NCBI GenBank assembly: GCA_963924565.1
Contig: OZ004615.1
Coordinates: 25,978,001 to 26,042,000 of the forward strand
Length of the DNA stretch: 64,000 nt
Reading direction: 5' to 3'
DNA from: Ascidiella aspersa
Lineage: Eukaryota
Shown one piece after another: positions 1-12,300 of this stretch; positions within the stretch are counted from its first letter, which is position 1, and every line of letters starts with the position of its first letter. A model generated the notes under the pieces. That model was not told where the DNA came from and searched no databases. It worked only from the letters and a program-made list of their open reading frames with translations. The position numbers and the translations under genes are program-made.

Positions 1-55
1 ATCAGTCGATTATTCAACGGTTTTCCTGCAACTCAGGCTAATAAGAATAAAACTG

Positions 56-101
56 TGGTGAGGTTCGAACTCACGACCTCGGTAATACCGGGACAGTCGC
101 T
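56..101 (-). mobile_element. tRNA-derived SINE fragment (B-box half)
   Basis: Minus strand ...GAGGTCGTGAGTTCGAACCTCACCA; related copies near 5500-5545(+), 35567-35600(-), 36960-36990(-), 41105-41150(-). Confidence 0.6.
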
Positions 102-215
102 GGTTAAGAAAAAAAAGTTCGAATATCACAAATGAAATCCTTAATTGATCAACTGATTAGTTCAGCTGCTATAGGTTTGAAAAACATAATAAAATAATAT
201 GCAGTTTTTACTCAC

Positions 216-338
216 CGCTTTTCCTTGCCAAACGTACATCTCGGCGCCAAAGTCGAACACGAATGTCCCGGATGTGTCCAGCATTCCCATAGTAGGGAGT
301 TTCCCCCAAGCTTCTTGCAGGGGAACGAGTTTGGAATC
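216..338 (-). CDS. SVIL: Supervillin exon 28 (gelsolin-like repeat)
   Basis: ttag|[41 protein letters not shown]|gtgag; phase 0/0. Confidence 0.92.
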
Positions 339-3300
339 CTAAGAAAACATATTTTTAGAGACTTTTCCGAAAAAAAACGATGGGATTTTTTTAGGGAAGC
401 GTTTTTATTCACTTTACAAAAACTGTTGACTACATAAACTTCTTGCAAAAATAATAAAATATATTTATATTTTGTAATATTTCTTTTAAAAATCTCTTTA
501 CTCGACAATGTGTAACCAATAAGGTAAACGTTGTAAGCGTTGGCGAACAATCGAAGTTTGTACAATTCCAACGGACTAACACAAACTTATAACAGGCTGA
601 TTTTTTAAGCAGAAAAATGTGGTCGCACATATTTAGTTAATCAAGGCTTACCTTCATGGTGTAAGTTTTGATCGAAGCTTCTGCGTTTGACTCGTAAGCT
701 TCGTCCTCACGGTCGCCACCCGAGGGCGCTATTTCACCACTGAAGAAATAAAAACAAGTGTTTAATTTATTTGTTCGTGATTTTTGTGTGGGCCAGTTTT
801 GTTGGTCGGTACAACTTTAGACACTTATTACATTTTTTTAACAAAACTAAACAAACAATAAACCCTATTAATCACCTCCCCCCAATATGTTGCCAGAATT
901 CCCTCGCAGAAAAAGTGTCTGGGGCAAGTTCCTCTATCACGTTCACTGACGTCGCTTTGCACCCAAGGTCACCTTGGTGTATGACGTAATCAGCTATCTC
1001 CTGCGTCACAAAAATAAATATGACGTCACGAAAGGTTAAAATAACATTAAGGTGGAGATTTCACGAATTGAAAAGATATTTAAACTTGTTTGGCTTATTG
1101 TTCTGAATAAGTTCAGCTATTGTTCAATAACATAGACCAGTGTTTCTTAATCAGGTGAATGGTTCACCCCAGGGTGAATCAAATTTTTGCAGGGGTGAAC
1201 CAACCAAACGGGGGTGAATAAGGGTGAACCGTCAGAAAGGAATGATAGCTTGCGAGCAGGGCGGCTATTCCGGGTGTGCTGTTATATATAGACGAGATGG
1301 TTTTATCATATCATTACACAAGGGGGGATGAAATCTGGAGATAGATGCTAGGGGTGGAAAAAACTAAAAAAAATATTGTTTGCACTGACATAGGTAACAT
1401 GTTCTAGTTTGAAAACGTTAATGTTCCCTATTTTTAAGTATTAGACCTAAGCAGTGAATTAAGTCGTATTTTAACCAAAAAGTTGCAAACTGTTTTTACA
1501 TAAGGGTGAGGTTGTGTGGTAAATCACTAATTAATATCGAACTAAATCGCGACTAGTTTTGTCCAAATATCGAGTAACAGCATCGGAATAAAAAGTCAAT
1601 TACCGGACATCCCCAGTGCAGGTGATATGTTTCCATAAAAAGGAAGGTTGAAGCGAATGAAGTTCTTTTAAGCAGTAAGAAATAATAAACAACCTAAAAC
1701 ACTTGGTGGGGAGTTTATCTTTAGTATTGTTTATCCTTAGAAACAGAATTTCGCATAAAAGACTAAAAGTAACCGAATATTGTCTAACGCAGTGCTTCTC
1801 AACCTTTTTTTTTCGTGGCCCATTTTCGTTGCACAAAAATTCTATGGCCCAATAATTTTTATGAAAGAACAAACTATAAAAAAAGGTTTAGAACAAAAAA
1901 TAGCGGAGCAGTAGATTATTATTTATTTAACCGTGCATTAGTGAGGTACTTGCTTCTGAACAATAATTTTTTGTTTCATTTACATTTCAAGCCATAATTC
2001 TTGTAAAACTAGGTACAGTGACACAAATTAAACTAAATTCTTCAATAAATCTAGCTTTTTTAAATTTGTCTGTGGCCCATCTAAAAAGTTTCCATGGGCC
2101 ACTGGTTGAGAACCGCTGGTCTAACGTGAATAAGTTACAAATGTCGGGCACCCATAGAAAGGGCGTTACCTGTACTTTTGCCCTCTCTATGACGTTTGAA
2201 TACTCCCCGAACCAAGCGAACATCTTGTCGGGAAGAATTAGAAGGAACGCGTCACCACCGTTTAATGACGTCACGCACGGCTCGACCAATCGCGTCTGGA
2301 CACGTCGGCGACCTTTCACCCTTCGTGGAAAATAATTTGTGTAAAGCTACACCAAAGAAATCTTTTAGTTGTACTTTGTTTGTTTTTTGTTAAAAGAAAA
2401 AAATGAGATTTTATGTAAAAATAAAACTATTTTGGTAAAATGGCGCTTTTTGCTTTTGGAACATAATTCAAAAGTAAACAATATTTTACACTTGCAAATT
2501 ATTTTGTTGTACCTGTTAAGTTGCATTTTAAACATCGAATCCATTGATTATATTATAAAAAATAAAACTATATTAAAAGCTCGCGTCATTTACAAATTAA
2601 ACTAAAAACATTAGAAAACACAGTTTAAAAGTGTGAAAAAACTTGAGACTTTTTTTAATAATCCAAAAAAGTTTTTTTTAGTAAGGAAACACCAATGTAA
2701 TAAAATAAATGCAGCGACACATAAAATCTACCTGAGCAACATTTTCTTCCTCCAAGGTTTAAAATCTCCCGCCGAAAATGCTGACGTAGTTTTCGTGCTA
2801 CGTAGGCTAACCTGTGACGTAACAATAAGAGTTTACTGGCTGCAGAGCACAAGTTTATTAGTTCTATCTATATGTGGAAATAAATCAAGTATAATTTAGA
2901 TTTGTTGCGACAGTGATTACGTGTCCTTCCCGGGCTTTGTAAAAACTTATAAAACTTTTGGTGTCTATTGGGTGAACTTTAAATTGCTACGCTTAGTTCT
3001 GTATGTTTTTTAAAAAAAGGAGACAATTAAGTTTAAGCGCAGGTTTGTTTACCAAGCATGGAAACAAGTTTTCAACTAAAGAATCTTTCAGGGAAGAACA
3101 CAAATAGTTCTGTCAGTTTCGGTTTCCAAAGTTTTGTACCTAATTAGAACCTATTCACGTGTCGTAAAAACAAACTCGTTGGTGTTCAACGTTCACAAAA
3201 AAAGATCGTTTTGATTTATATTTCTAATTTCCAGATTGTTACAAGCTTTATGGAAACCAAAGGGCCTATGTTCCAATATATTATTTTTTACCTTCTTGAA

Positions 3301-6300
3301 GTCTGCTTTGTGTGCCAGACCGGCCAGAGCTGCCGAAGTAAAGTTGGAACCGTGACCAAACCTGCTGGCAAGTCGCTGCTGTTCCAGCTTTGTCACGTTC
3401 GATCGAACTTCAGTGTAAGTTTGCTGACGATTAAAACAATCGTTCGTTGATGGGAGAAGTAAAAATTGGTGTTCTAATTTGTGGATGGAGTTTTTTTCAA
3501 GTGTTGTTACATTGGGACTATTCCAAGATTAGTATGTTAATTTCGAAAACGGTCGTTTAGTGGCCACATACATAGATGACTTTGAAAAATGTATAGGACT
3601 ATAATTTTAACCAAATAAAGCTATTTTAGCAATTTTAAAGCTTCGACGTTTTATTCAGATCACCATCATCAAAATACGAATTATTAATCAAAATCCCACC
3701 TGTCAATCAAACTTTCACAAGACAATCATTCTCACCTGTCAATCAAAACGCATCTATCAATCAAAATCTAACTTGTCAATCAACCATCAACCTGTTAGTC
3801 AAAATCTCACCTGTCAATCAACCAATAACCTGTCAATCAAAATCTCACCTGTCAATCAACCAATAACCTGTCAATCAATCATTAACATGTCACTCAAATG
3901 GAACCTGTCAATCAATCTCACCTTGATGTCACTTCTTGCTGCAAGTGCCTTAAGCGGGTTTCTGGTGGATCCCCTGTTGCGCGACCCCCGGTTTATGTTC
4001 CTCTTCAAATGACCAAGTTGTGAAAGCACCGTCAAACTACTTTCCTCCAACAACCAGCCCCGCTCTTCTGACTCTCCGTCTTCACTCCCCGCTCTTCCGT
4101 TCAGCGTCACAACCTCCACCTCGATATTCGAGCCAGAGAAGAAGTTTTCGAAATCCTCGTCCACGAACTCAGGGACCTCTGTGGTCGTTTCTTCCGTCAT
4201 CTGTTGTTACGTCACAATTGGTTGGTTACAACGCACAAAGGCAAAACTGCTACTATGACATCACAGTTGCCAACACGTCACAATTACCATAACAATAAAA
4301 CTTTGCCGTTTTATTGACGCGAATAAAGAAGATATAAATACGTTTTGCATTTTTAAATTGTTTGGAAGCAGACTTTTTATCAGAACATTTGTGATTTGTT
4401 TTACAAATAATTACCAACAACTTTTCTTTTTCAATTTATTCATTCGAAGATTTTTTTAAATTTTTTGTTTTTGATTTTTAATTCGTTTTTTGAAAAATAT
4501 TTATTTCATTCGTCCTTTTAAAGTAGTTACTAGCTTTTAACATAAAAATACTTGAAAATGCGTATTTAGCTGCTTCAAAAACAACATCGCAGTAAACCAA
4601 AGCACCGTTAAAAATGCCAGCACAAAAAACGTCACAATCCTACCTTTATGACGTCAGGCTCGAGTCCCTTCTGTGCGAGCTTTAATACGTCACTGAGTTT
4701 GTTGAGCGAGGGGCCGCGTGACGTCACGTCGTCAATGGTAACCACGGGCTGGTCGACGTGTGACGTAGGCAGAACCTTGCGCGTCATCGAAGGGGAGGGG
4801 AGGATCGGGGTGACGTTGGGGTTGGCTGGGGTAAAACATAAGGGGTAAAATATAAGGGGTGAAAATAGGGGGTGAAAAAACAAGGCGTATAAACAAGGGG
4901 TAAAATATGGTGAAAACATAGGAATTACTTGAAATATGAGGAGAAACGTAACAGGGTGGAAATTAAAGGGGTAAAATATAGGGGTAGAAAAATGGGGGGT
5001 AGAAACATGGGGGGTAAAAATAAGGGGGGTAAAAATAAGGGGTAAAATAGGGGGCGTTAGTAGTATAAGGGGTAAAATATAGGGGTTAAATATAGAGGGC
5101 AAAAACATAGGGGGTAAAAATAAGGGGTGAAAAAATAAGGGGTAAAAATAAGGGGTATAAAAATGTGGCAAAAGCATAGGTATTACACTACAAGGGGTGT
5201 AAATGTAAGAATTACACATCCGTGCGTAGTGTACCCAAATGTTAAGGCAAATACGCAATTTAGATAATGTTAAGAAATGCAAAGGTTATGCGAATCGTGA
5301 GTTCTCACTTCTTTTAGCGATCTTTGCTTGAACAGTGAACTGTGACGCGTCGTTCTGCTTTCCAGCTTTTGATTTCCAACCTTCAGAGTTTGTGAGGATT
5401 GAGTTGAGTCGGTCGTGGATGTTGGTCGACCCCAGCGCAGATGAACGACCGTTCGTCACCACTTCCTTCTTCTGTAAGAGATAAAATCACACTGTTGGTA
5501 TGGCCTTATCAAGTTCCTGGGGTTGTGAGTTGGAATCTCACCGCAGACAATGGTTTTCCTGCCTTGCTAGGTTAAGTGTTAAGTTAAAGCGTAGAACAAT
5601 TGATTAGCATATTACTGTTCTGGAAAATGTTTTCACTGCATATTAAAGCAATCCCGACCTTCCAGTTTTCCTCGCTTCCCTGCAGTTTGTTCATCCGCTC
5701 TCCCAGGGAGGAGTTTATTGCTCCTCCCTCCTTTCTCACTCTTCTCCTCCACTCCTCCTCCTCTTGTTTCTTCTGGAGTAACTTCATCCTGGAGGGGAAA
5801 CACCCAATAAGCCAGTGGTCTCCAACCAATGGGCCGAGACTAACAAAAACCGCTTACAAGAATTCGGTTAATAGAATTGGGTCGACAAAACTGTGTAAGT
5901 TGGTAAAATCTGTGCAAGACAGACACAGAAACTCACAAATAAGGAAAACTATTTTTATTGCGGTCCAACATTACTTCTTCGAGAGTTTTAAGTCTGCTAC
6001 TTAAAACCTAAAAAGGGAAGGATCAAGGATTTTTCGTTGAGGGGCCCTGATTTGTTTAATAATGACGACACAAAGTTATGTTGCGGGGAGCCAGAGTACA
6101 CTTTATTTAGGGGTGCATGACCTGAAGGCCCTGTGGTGCAACAATAAGCCACGAAAAAAAACAATGTGGCTCTTAGTTAGCCACACCATGTTTGAAAAAA
6201 CAGTACAATGAATTAACGGCTATTACGCGGCCCACAGCTACATGATAGCATTAAACTTTTGCAAAATATCTCGCGACCCACTAAAACGGCTAAAGGGACT

Positions 6301-9300
6301 GCAGAGGCCATTATTGTCGGCCATTCTGTTAACTGGTGAAATTTATCCATCTTTACTTGGTCGCTGCGAATTGAAATTTATTTATTGTTTCGTCACAGAA
6401 CTAGTAGTGGACTCTAGTATCATTGTGACTCGAGGTAATGACGTCACTGATGACGACACGCACACAGAAACTCTATCGCTTACGATTGTCAGCTTGCCAA
6501 GGAACGGGTGCATTTAAATTACACATAGAACCTGTTAGAATGAAAATGTCTCTGATATTTATTAGCTGTAGGAAATTTTCTGTTAACCTTACGTTTAGTT
6601 TTTGTGTCGCCGTGGTTAAAAGTTGACCAACACAGTATTAGCTAGTGCACACACATAGAAACCCACTACATGGCTTAAAGTATGCTTTTGCTAGAACGGG
6701 TTGATTGAAATTACACATAGCACCTGTTAGTTGTTGAAACTTACCTGTCTCTGATGGATCCAGTAGATTTGATCTCAGCTTCTCTAATCTTTCCCATGGC
6801 TTCAGGGTCAGGGCTCGTCGATCTAACGCTACTGAGGGGGGACGGGGATCGGTCCTTTAAGCTTACGGGTGAGGGCGAGCGACCCCTCAAGTTTATGGGA
6901 GAGGGGGACCGGTTCCGGGGGCTTAGGGGAGAGGGGGGACGGTCCCTTATGTTGGCGGGAGAAAGCTGGTCTCTGATTGGTTTGCTGATGTCACCGGAAC
7001 CTTGTTCCAGGAATTTTGACCTTGGAAGATATATTCAAGGTTAAATATTGGATTGTTTAAGGTTAGATATTTAAGCGTTATTTGTCAAATTTGTACACAT
7101 TTTTATAAACTTTAACATTTGTGCGAATTAATGTAAAATGAAATCACATTAATAAAAAGTTAGATAAATATATTTGTTGACTAACACACAAAACATCTGA
7201 TGAATAAAAAACTTAGTTTTTTGTGTTCAAATGATTAAAGTTTTTAGATAAAGGCTATGTTAAAGAACAAAACTACTTAAAAAAATGAAAATCCAAAATG
7301 TAAATTATATAGTTTTTGCGAAATCGAATTTAAAACTGAACAAAAACGAACTTTAAAACAAATTATACAATCATAGGATAAAAAATTTACAAAAAAACTA
7401 TCAAAAAGTTACAAAAACAAAAACGAAAAGAATTCATGTAACTTGTTGCATTAAGCATTGTATCTCACCTTAACCTTCCAACTCCAGTAACTTCACTTTC
7501 ACGTTTTTCCGAGTTTTCTTGCGAAATACTAGACTCCTTAGGGGAATCCCCGAATTTTGACTGGATTTCTTCAGAAATTTTCCTCACGCGGTCACGTGAC
7601 ACCGGGGTTTCGACGCAAGGTGGCGGTACAGAATCCTGGAAAAACATTTTCTTAGGTTATTTGAAATAGGGGCTATTTCTTACTTTTAGAACTAAAATAT
7701 TACTTAGAAAAATAGCATTTAAGATGATTTTAAGTAGCTGTAAATCTAATCCTACTGAAAACCATAATATCTGATAATATCGTTTATAAAACTATAATTC
7801 TAAACGAGTTTTTTTTTTTTGATGATAATTGACTTTAAATTGAATTTATAAAGTTTTTTGGACTAATTATTTCACCCTATATTCATTTCCTGTAGCACTA
7901 ACAATCTTAAACCTTGAACATAAACGAGAACTAAAAAAGCTCTACAAATAATATTAACGAAAAATGTTTTTTGCAAAAACAACCAAACTTATTAAACTTT
8001 TTGTTAGCATTGTTACGTCACAGGTAAAAGTAAACATTCATAAACATCACTATAACTGTAATCATAATAATTAGTTTATGCTTATCAAGCTAGTGGCAGT
8101 TTAGTATTTTATAAAAAAAACTTTTTTTAAATCCAGTAAGTTTCAAGGGGCAGCGATACAAAAGTAAGATATTTAATAAAAAAAACATTAGAAATCTAAT
8201 TTAATTTAGATTCAGGGGTTAAACATAAGTCAGCGGATCGCGTTTGTAAATAACCTTTGTATTAGGACACAATAAACATGCAAATTCAATTTTACTCGCA
8301 TTTCTATTTTACGTCGCACGTAATTACGTCGCACCAATCTACGCCGCGCTTGCCAACGTCATATTCAGTTGCGTCACACGTAGCTACGTCATACCTGTTC
8401 GGTGTTTTCCCCTGTGTAAATTCTTCTAGCTTCCAGTAATATTTCGGCGTCAACAGGTTGAGTTTGGAAGCGCTTCTGTGAAGAACGTTTCACGAAACCT
8501 GGAGGTAAAAGTGGAAAGAAATGTTAGAAGTTATGGAAATGAAGGGTAGGTGTGAAACTTGGAGGTTAAATTTGAGATTTAAGTAGATTTGTGTGAAAAA
8601 AATATACAAACCTTGAAAATAAGTGTATTTTTTTAATTTTTGTGTATTTAAAAAAGGTAAAATAAAAAGGCTTCTGGGAAAGTATCTTATCTAACACGTC
8701 ATAATGCTACGTCATATTTGCTATGTGTATGTTTTTTACTTTACTTGTATTTAATAGAAACTGACGATGCCAGTGTAGGCGAAATATATATTCCTGTAAA
8801 AAATATTTGATTTTGGGTTTATTTTAACTTAGAGTTTTATTGTTACGCCATTAAAATGTAAGCCACATTGGTTAGAAGCTTAAAAAGCATTAGGCATTAA
8901 AATTCAAAATTATTAATTTATAATAAATAACTTAAATATGCTGTTTAAAAGTGATTTCCCTACGTTTCTTGGTGGGAGTGGTTTGCTGGGCGCAGATTTT
9001 GTTGAAGAATGAAAGTCTCTGAGCGAAAGTAAGTTCCTCCTCCTCCTCTTGGTTGCTCCCACTCTGCTCTTGCTCCTCCCCACTCTTGGAGTCCTCTTCA
9101 ACCGATCTGAGGGAATAAGGGTAGATTATTATGGTTAAATCGTTACAAGATGTAAAATACACAGTAATTAGCCCTTTAGAATGAAGAGGCATTGTTTGAA
9201 CATTCTGAAAGGAGAATAACCACTATCACGTCATAATGCTTGTTGTAGCAGTACATAACGCTAATAAGAATGTCCGATAATATCGTATCGAATTGTAGTG

Positions 9301-12300
9301 GTTTTGCCAAAAAAAGTTGGGATCGGTGCCAGAAAAAATACTAAGTATGGAATTTACACTTGATTTTTTTACTTCTACATTTCGTAATGATCGCTGTTTA
9401 AGGTGCATGACAAAGTAAACATACACAGAAGAAAGCGCATTGTCTGATTATTCTGAAAAGACAATCTCAACTATCTACGTCATAATGCTTGTTGTATGGC
9501 AACACAATGTTAATAATGATGTCCGATAATATCGTATCGGTGCCGATCCAAAACTAAGTAATTATGCATTAAAACCACGATTGCTATACAAATACACACA
9601 ACAAGAAAATTTTCTGAAAAATAGTAAAATAACATGCGAAAGCATGACTTAGCTTTGTAACTCGAAAGCAAATATTGGTAGAACAACTTAATAACATTTA
9701 TTTTAAACGTTTCTTTTTTGTTCAATTTTGCTGGTTTTAGCATAGTAATGAAGACATTTGTCAAAAACAGTTATCTAAGTTCTGTGAGGGTTTTTTAATA
9801 TCCCCAAAATTAAATATCCCAAAATAAATGTTTTCTTTCATAAAAAAAGCGCTGCTTTAACTCAGTATTATAGAAATGTCACGATTTTTTTGGGCAAAAC
9901 ACAACACTTAAAGCAAATAACAGCCTGACTCTCACATAAAACCTTAATCAGCGCACTAAAATATAAGTCACACATTTTCCAAACATGGGAAACCTTGATT
10001 TACCTGCTTCCAAACTCCATCAGTTTGAAACACATCTTTAAGAACAAGTTACAAGCAGGCTGGCAGAATAACTTACGTTTGTGTTTGAAGTCAGTTCACG
10101 CCAATTGTTCAGTTTGTTTCTTTCAATTATTCATCGCGTGAAAAGCTCAGTTAAGCATCAATAGTTTATGAGCGAACGCCCAAGTCTGCTGCCTCAACAA
10201 AAGTGCAAATGTAATGAAGTGAAAGACTTAAACACAAACTAAAAGCAATTTGTTGCAAGCTGGAATACCTTTTAAACTACTAAAATAAATGTACACATTA
10301 CTTAACGCAGTCCAAAAACACTGAACACCTAATATTTGTTTAGTAATTGCCGCAATTCTTGTAATATCCTGTATTTCAGCAAAATTACAAAATTTTAATT
10401 AAATCATGAAAAAACAACAATAGAATAATCTAAATACTCGCAGTTTTTGCTAATCAGCTGCTAAAAAGATGGCATCTTGTAAATCATTGTAATTGGTTAT
10501 TACTGCTTTGGTCCAATTTTCGATGCGTTAATAAGAACTGGATTCAGCTCTAACAATGCACCTTCAATTCAACTCCATATCTAAACGCGATCAGTCATTC
10601 TTGCATTCGAACGCCAACAATGCTTTTCGCGCCACCTGCGATTGTTGCAACACACACCTGTCTACTATGACGTCACACAACATGTGGCGGAGGGATCAAA
10701 TTCGGGGGAATCCCCCCAGTTATCTCGGATAAGTAGTTGATTGCTTGTAAGTAGTTAGAACAACACTAAATAACATCAACTTGTATTATTTACTTTTTCT
10801 AACAGAAGTTTTATTAAACTGTTCACTCTTTTTGCATTAAACCTTTAGTAAAAATAGAAGCAAAAAGCCTTTGGGTACACCACTTATTTTAGCCACATAA
10901 AAACAAATATGAAAGCCATAAAACTCGATTTTATATTTCAATTTTGGCGAACATAACAACTTTGTTGCTTTTATAAAAATGGTAGCAAGACGTATCTGAA
11001 GACTGAGCACAAAAGTAGAAAGTCCCAACAAGAATCTTATTAAATCAAACCTTTAAATTATTGCAGTCAAAACGCGGCCTACTTATAAGTGGCTACCCAC
11101 GGGTCAAACTTGCACAACAAACAGTAAAAAATCGACGACTGCTTCTCGCAAAAAATCTTTGCAGGAATTCGTGAGAGCGCGATTTTGAAATTCCTGTCTT
11201 GTGAGTAACAACAAACGTGTGGTTAGTAACTGGGAAGTGGTGGGCAATCTTGAGCGCAGATTCTTATCATTAACAACCTTCTCTGCGCTTTCAACGCCAC
11301 ATAAATCATTTGGTAAGTAGGACGGGTAAATGATGAAGTTTTACAATGAGGGAAAAATTTAAACCTAATTCAAATACAGTGTATCCAATACAACGCCTTT
11401 CGAATACAGTTTTGGCAGTTTGTTTCGTGATAGTCTTTGGAATTTGGTAATTACAAAGGTATTCATGTAAATTCCCGAAAAAACATATAGTTGATACAAA
11501 CTTTAAAGAAAGTTCATGACTCGGCCTTAGAATTCAAAAACTGTACATATTTTAAATTCCCAAACGCTTCGCTCGTCAATGTTTATAAACGGATAAAAAG
11601 TAGTAAAAAATAAAATAATTAATGTTTTTACGTAGAAAACTTTTGAAATAAAGTTACGAAGTAGTTTTATGATTATGATAAAGTATTTTCAAATTAACAA
11701 ATTTTAAGCTTGTTGCTTGAATTTTTATCAAAAATTTAAAAAAACAGTTGTTTGCAAAATGTGCTATTTGGGACTTTCCCGAATCAGTCAAGTTCAAATT
11801 GAGGCGAAAGATCAAAAAGTGACGCAACCTGCCAACGAAAACACAGATTTGACCTTGAAACGTTTGACCTCCATCGCACAATCTTATCGTCAATCATTTC
11901 CTGCGGTGCAATTGTGACGTAACAATACACGGCATTTTTCAAACCGGTTGAGAAAAATGTAATTGGGTTTCATTGAAAGTTGTTTAGAACATGAATAAGA
12001 GTATTTATAGTAAGAACATCAACGCCCATATAGAGGTAGGTAGGATTTTAAACGTTTCGAATAAAACTTCATTTTCTACATCGAATCATTTTCAAAGAGT
12101 TAGTTAAAATGTTTACAAAATGATACCTACTTCTGTATGGGCTTTGATATTATTACTACGTCTTATTACAAACTCCAACCATTATGCTCCTGAAAGCATT
12201 TGCGTTTTACAAATGTTGTGCAAATCGTGTTTTCTTATTGATGAAGGGACGTTGTTGAACGGTCATCATGCGATAAATGTGCATTATTTAAGGTTTAAAC

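Noticed and set aside
56-101. tRNA gene
   Set aside because: Only a T-arm/B-box-like half is present, with no full cloverleaf, and diverged copies recur, so it is SINE-like.
3690-3921. CRISPR-like array (also the recurrent AAAGCCCATACAGAAGTAGG motif)
   Set aside because: No unique constant-length spacers, no cas genes, and a eukaryotic intron context; these are a minisatellite and a dispersed MITE.
4632-5282. 216-aa hydrophobic ORF as a stand-alone membrane protein
   Set aside because: Most of it is translation of the TATTTTTACCCC minisatellite; only 4644-4825 is a bounded exon.
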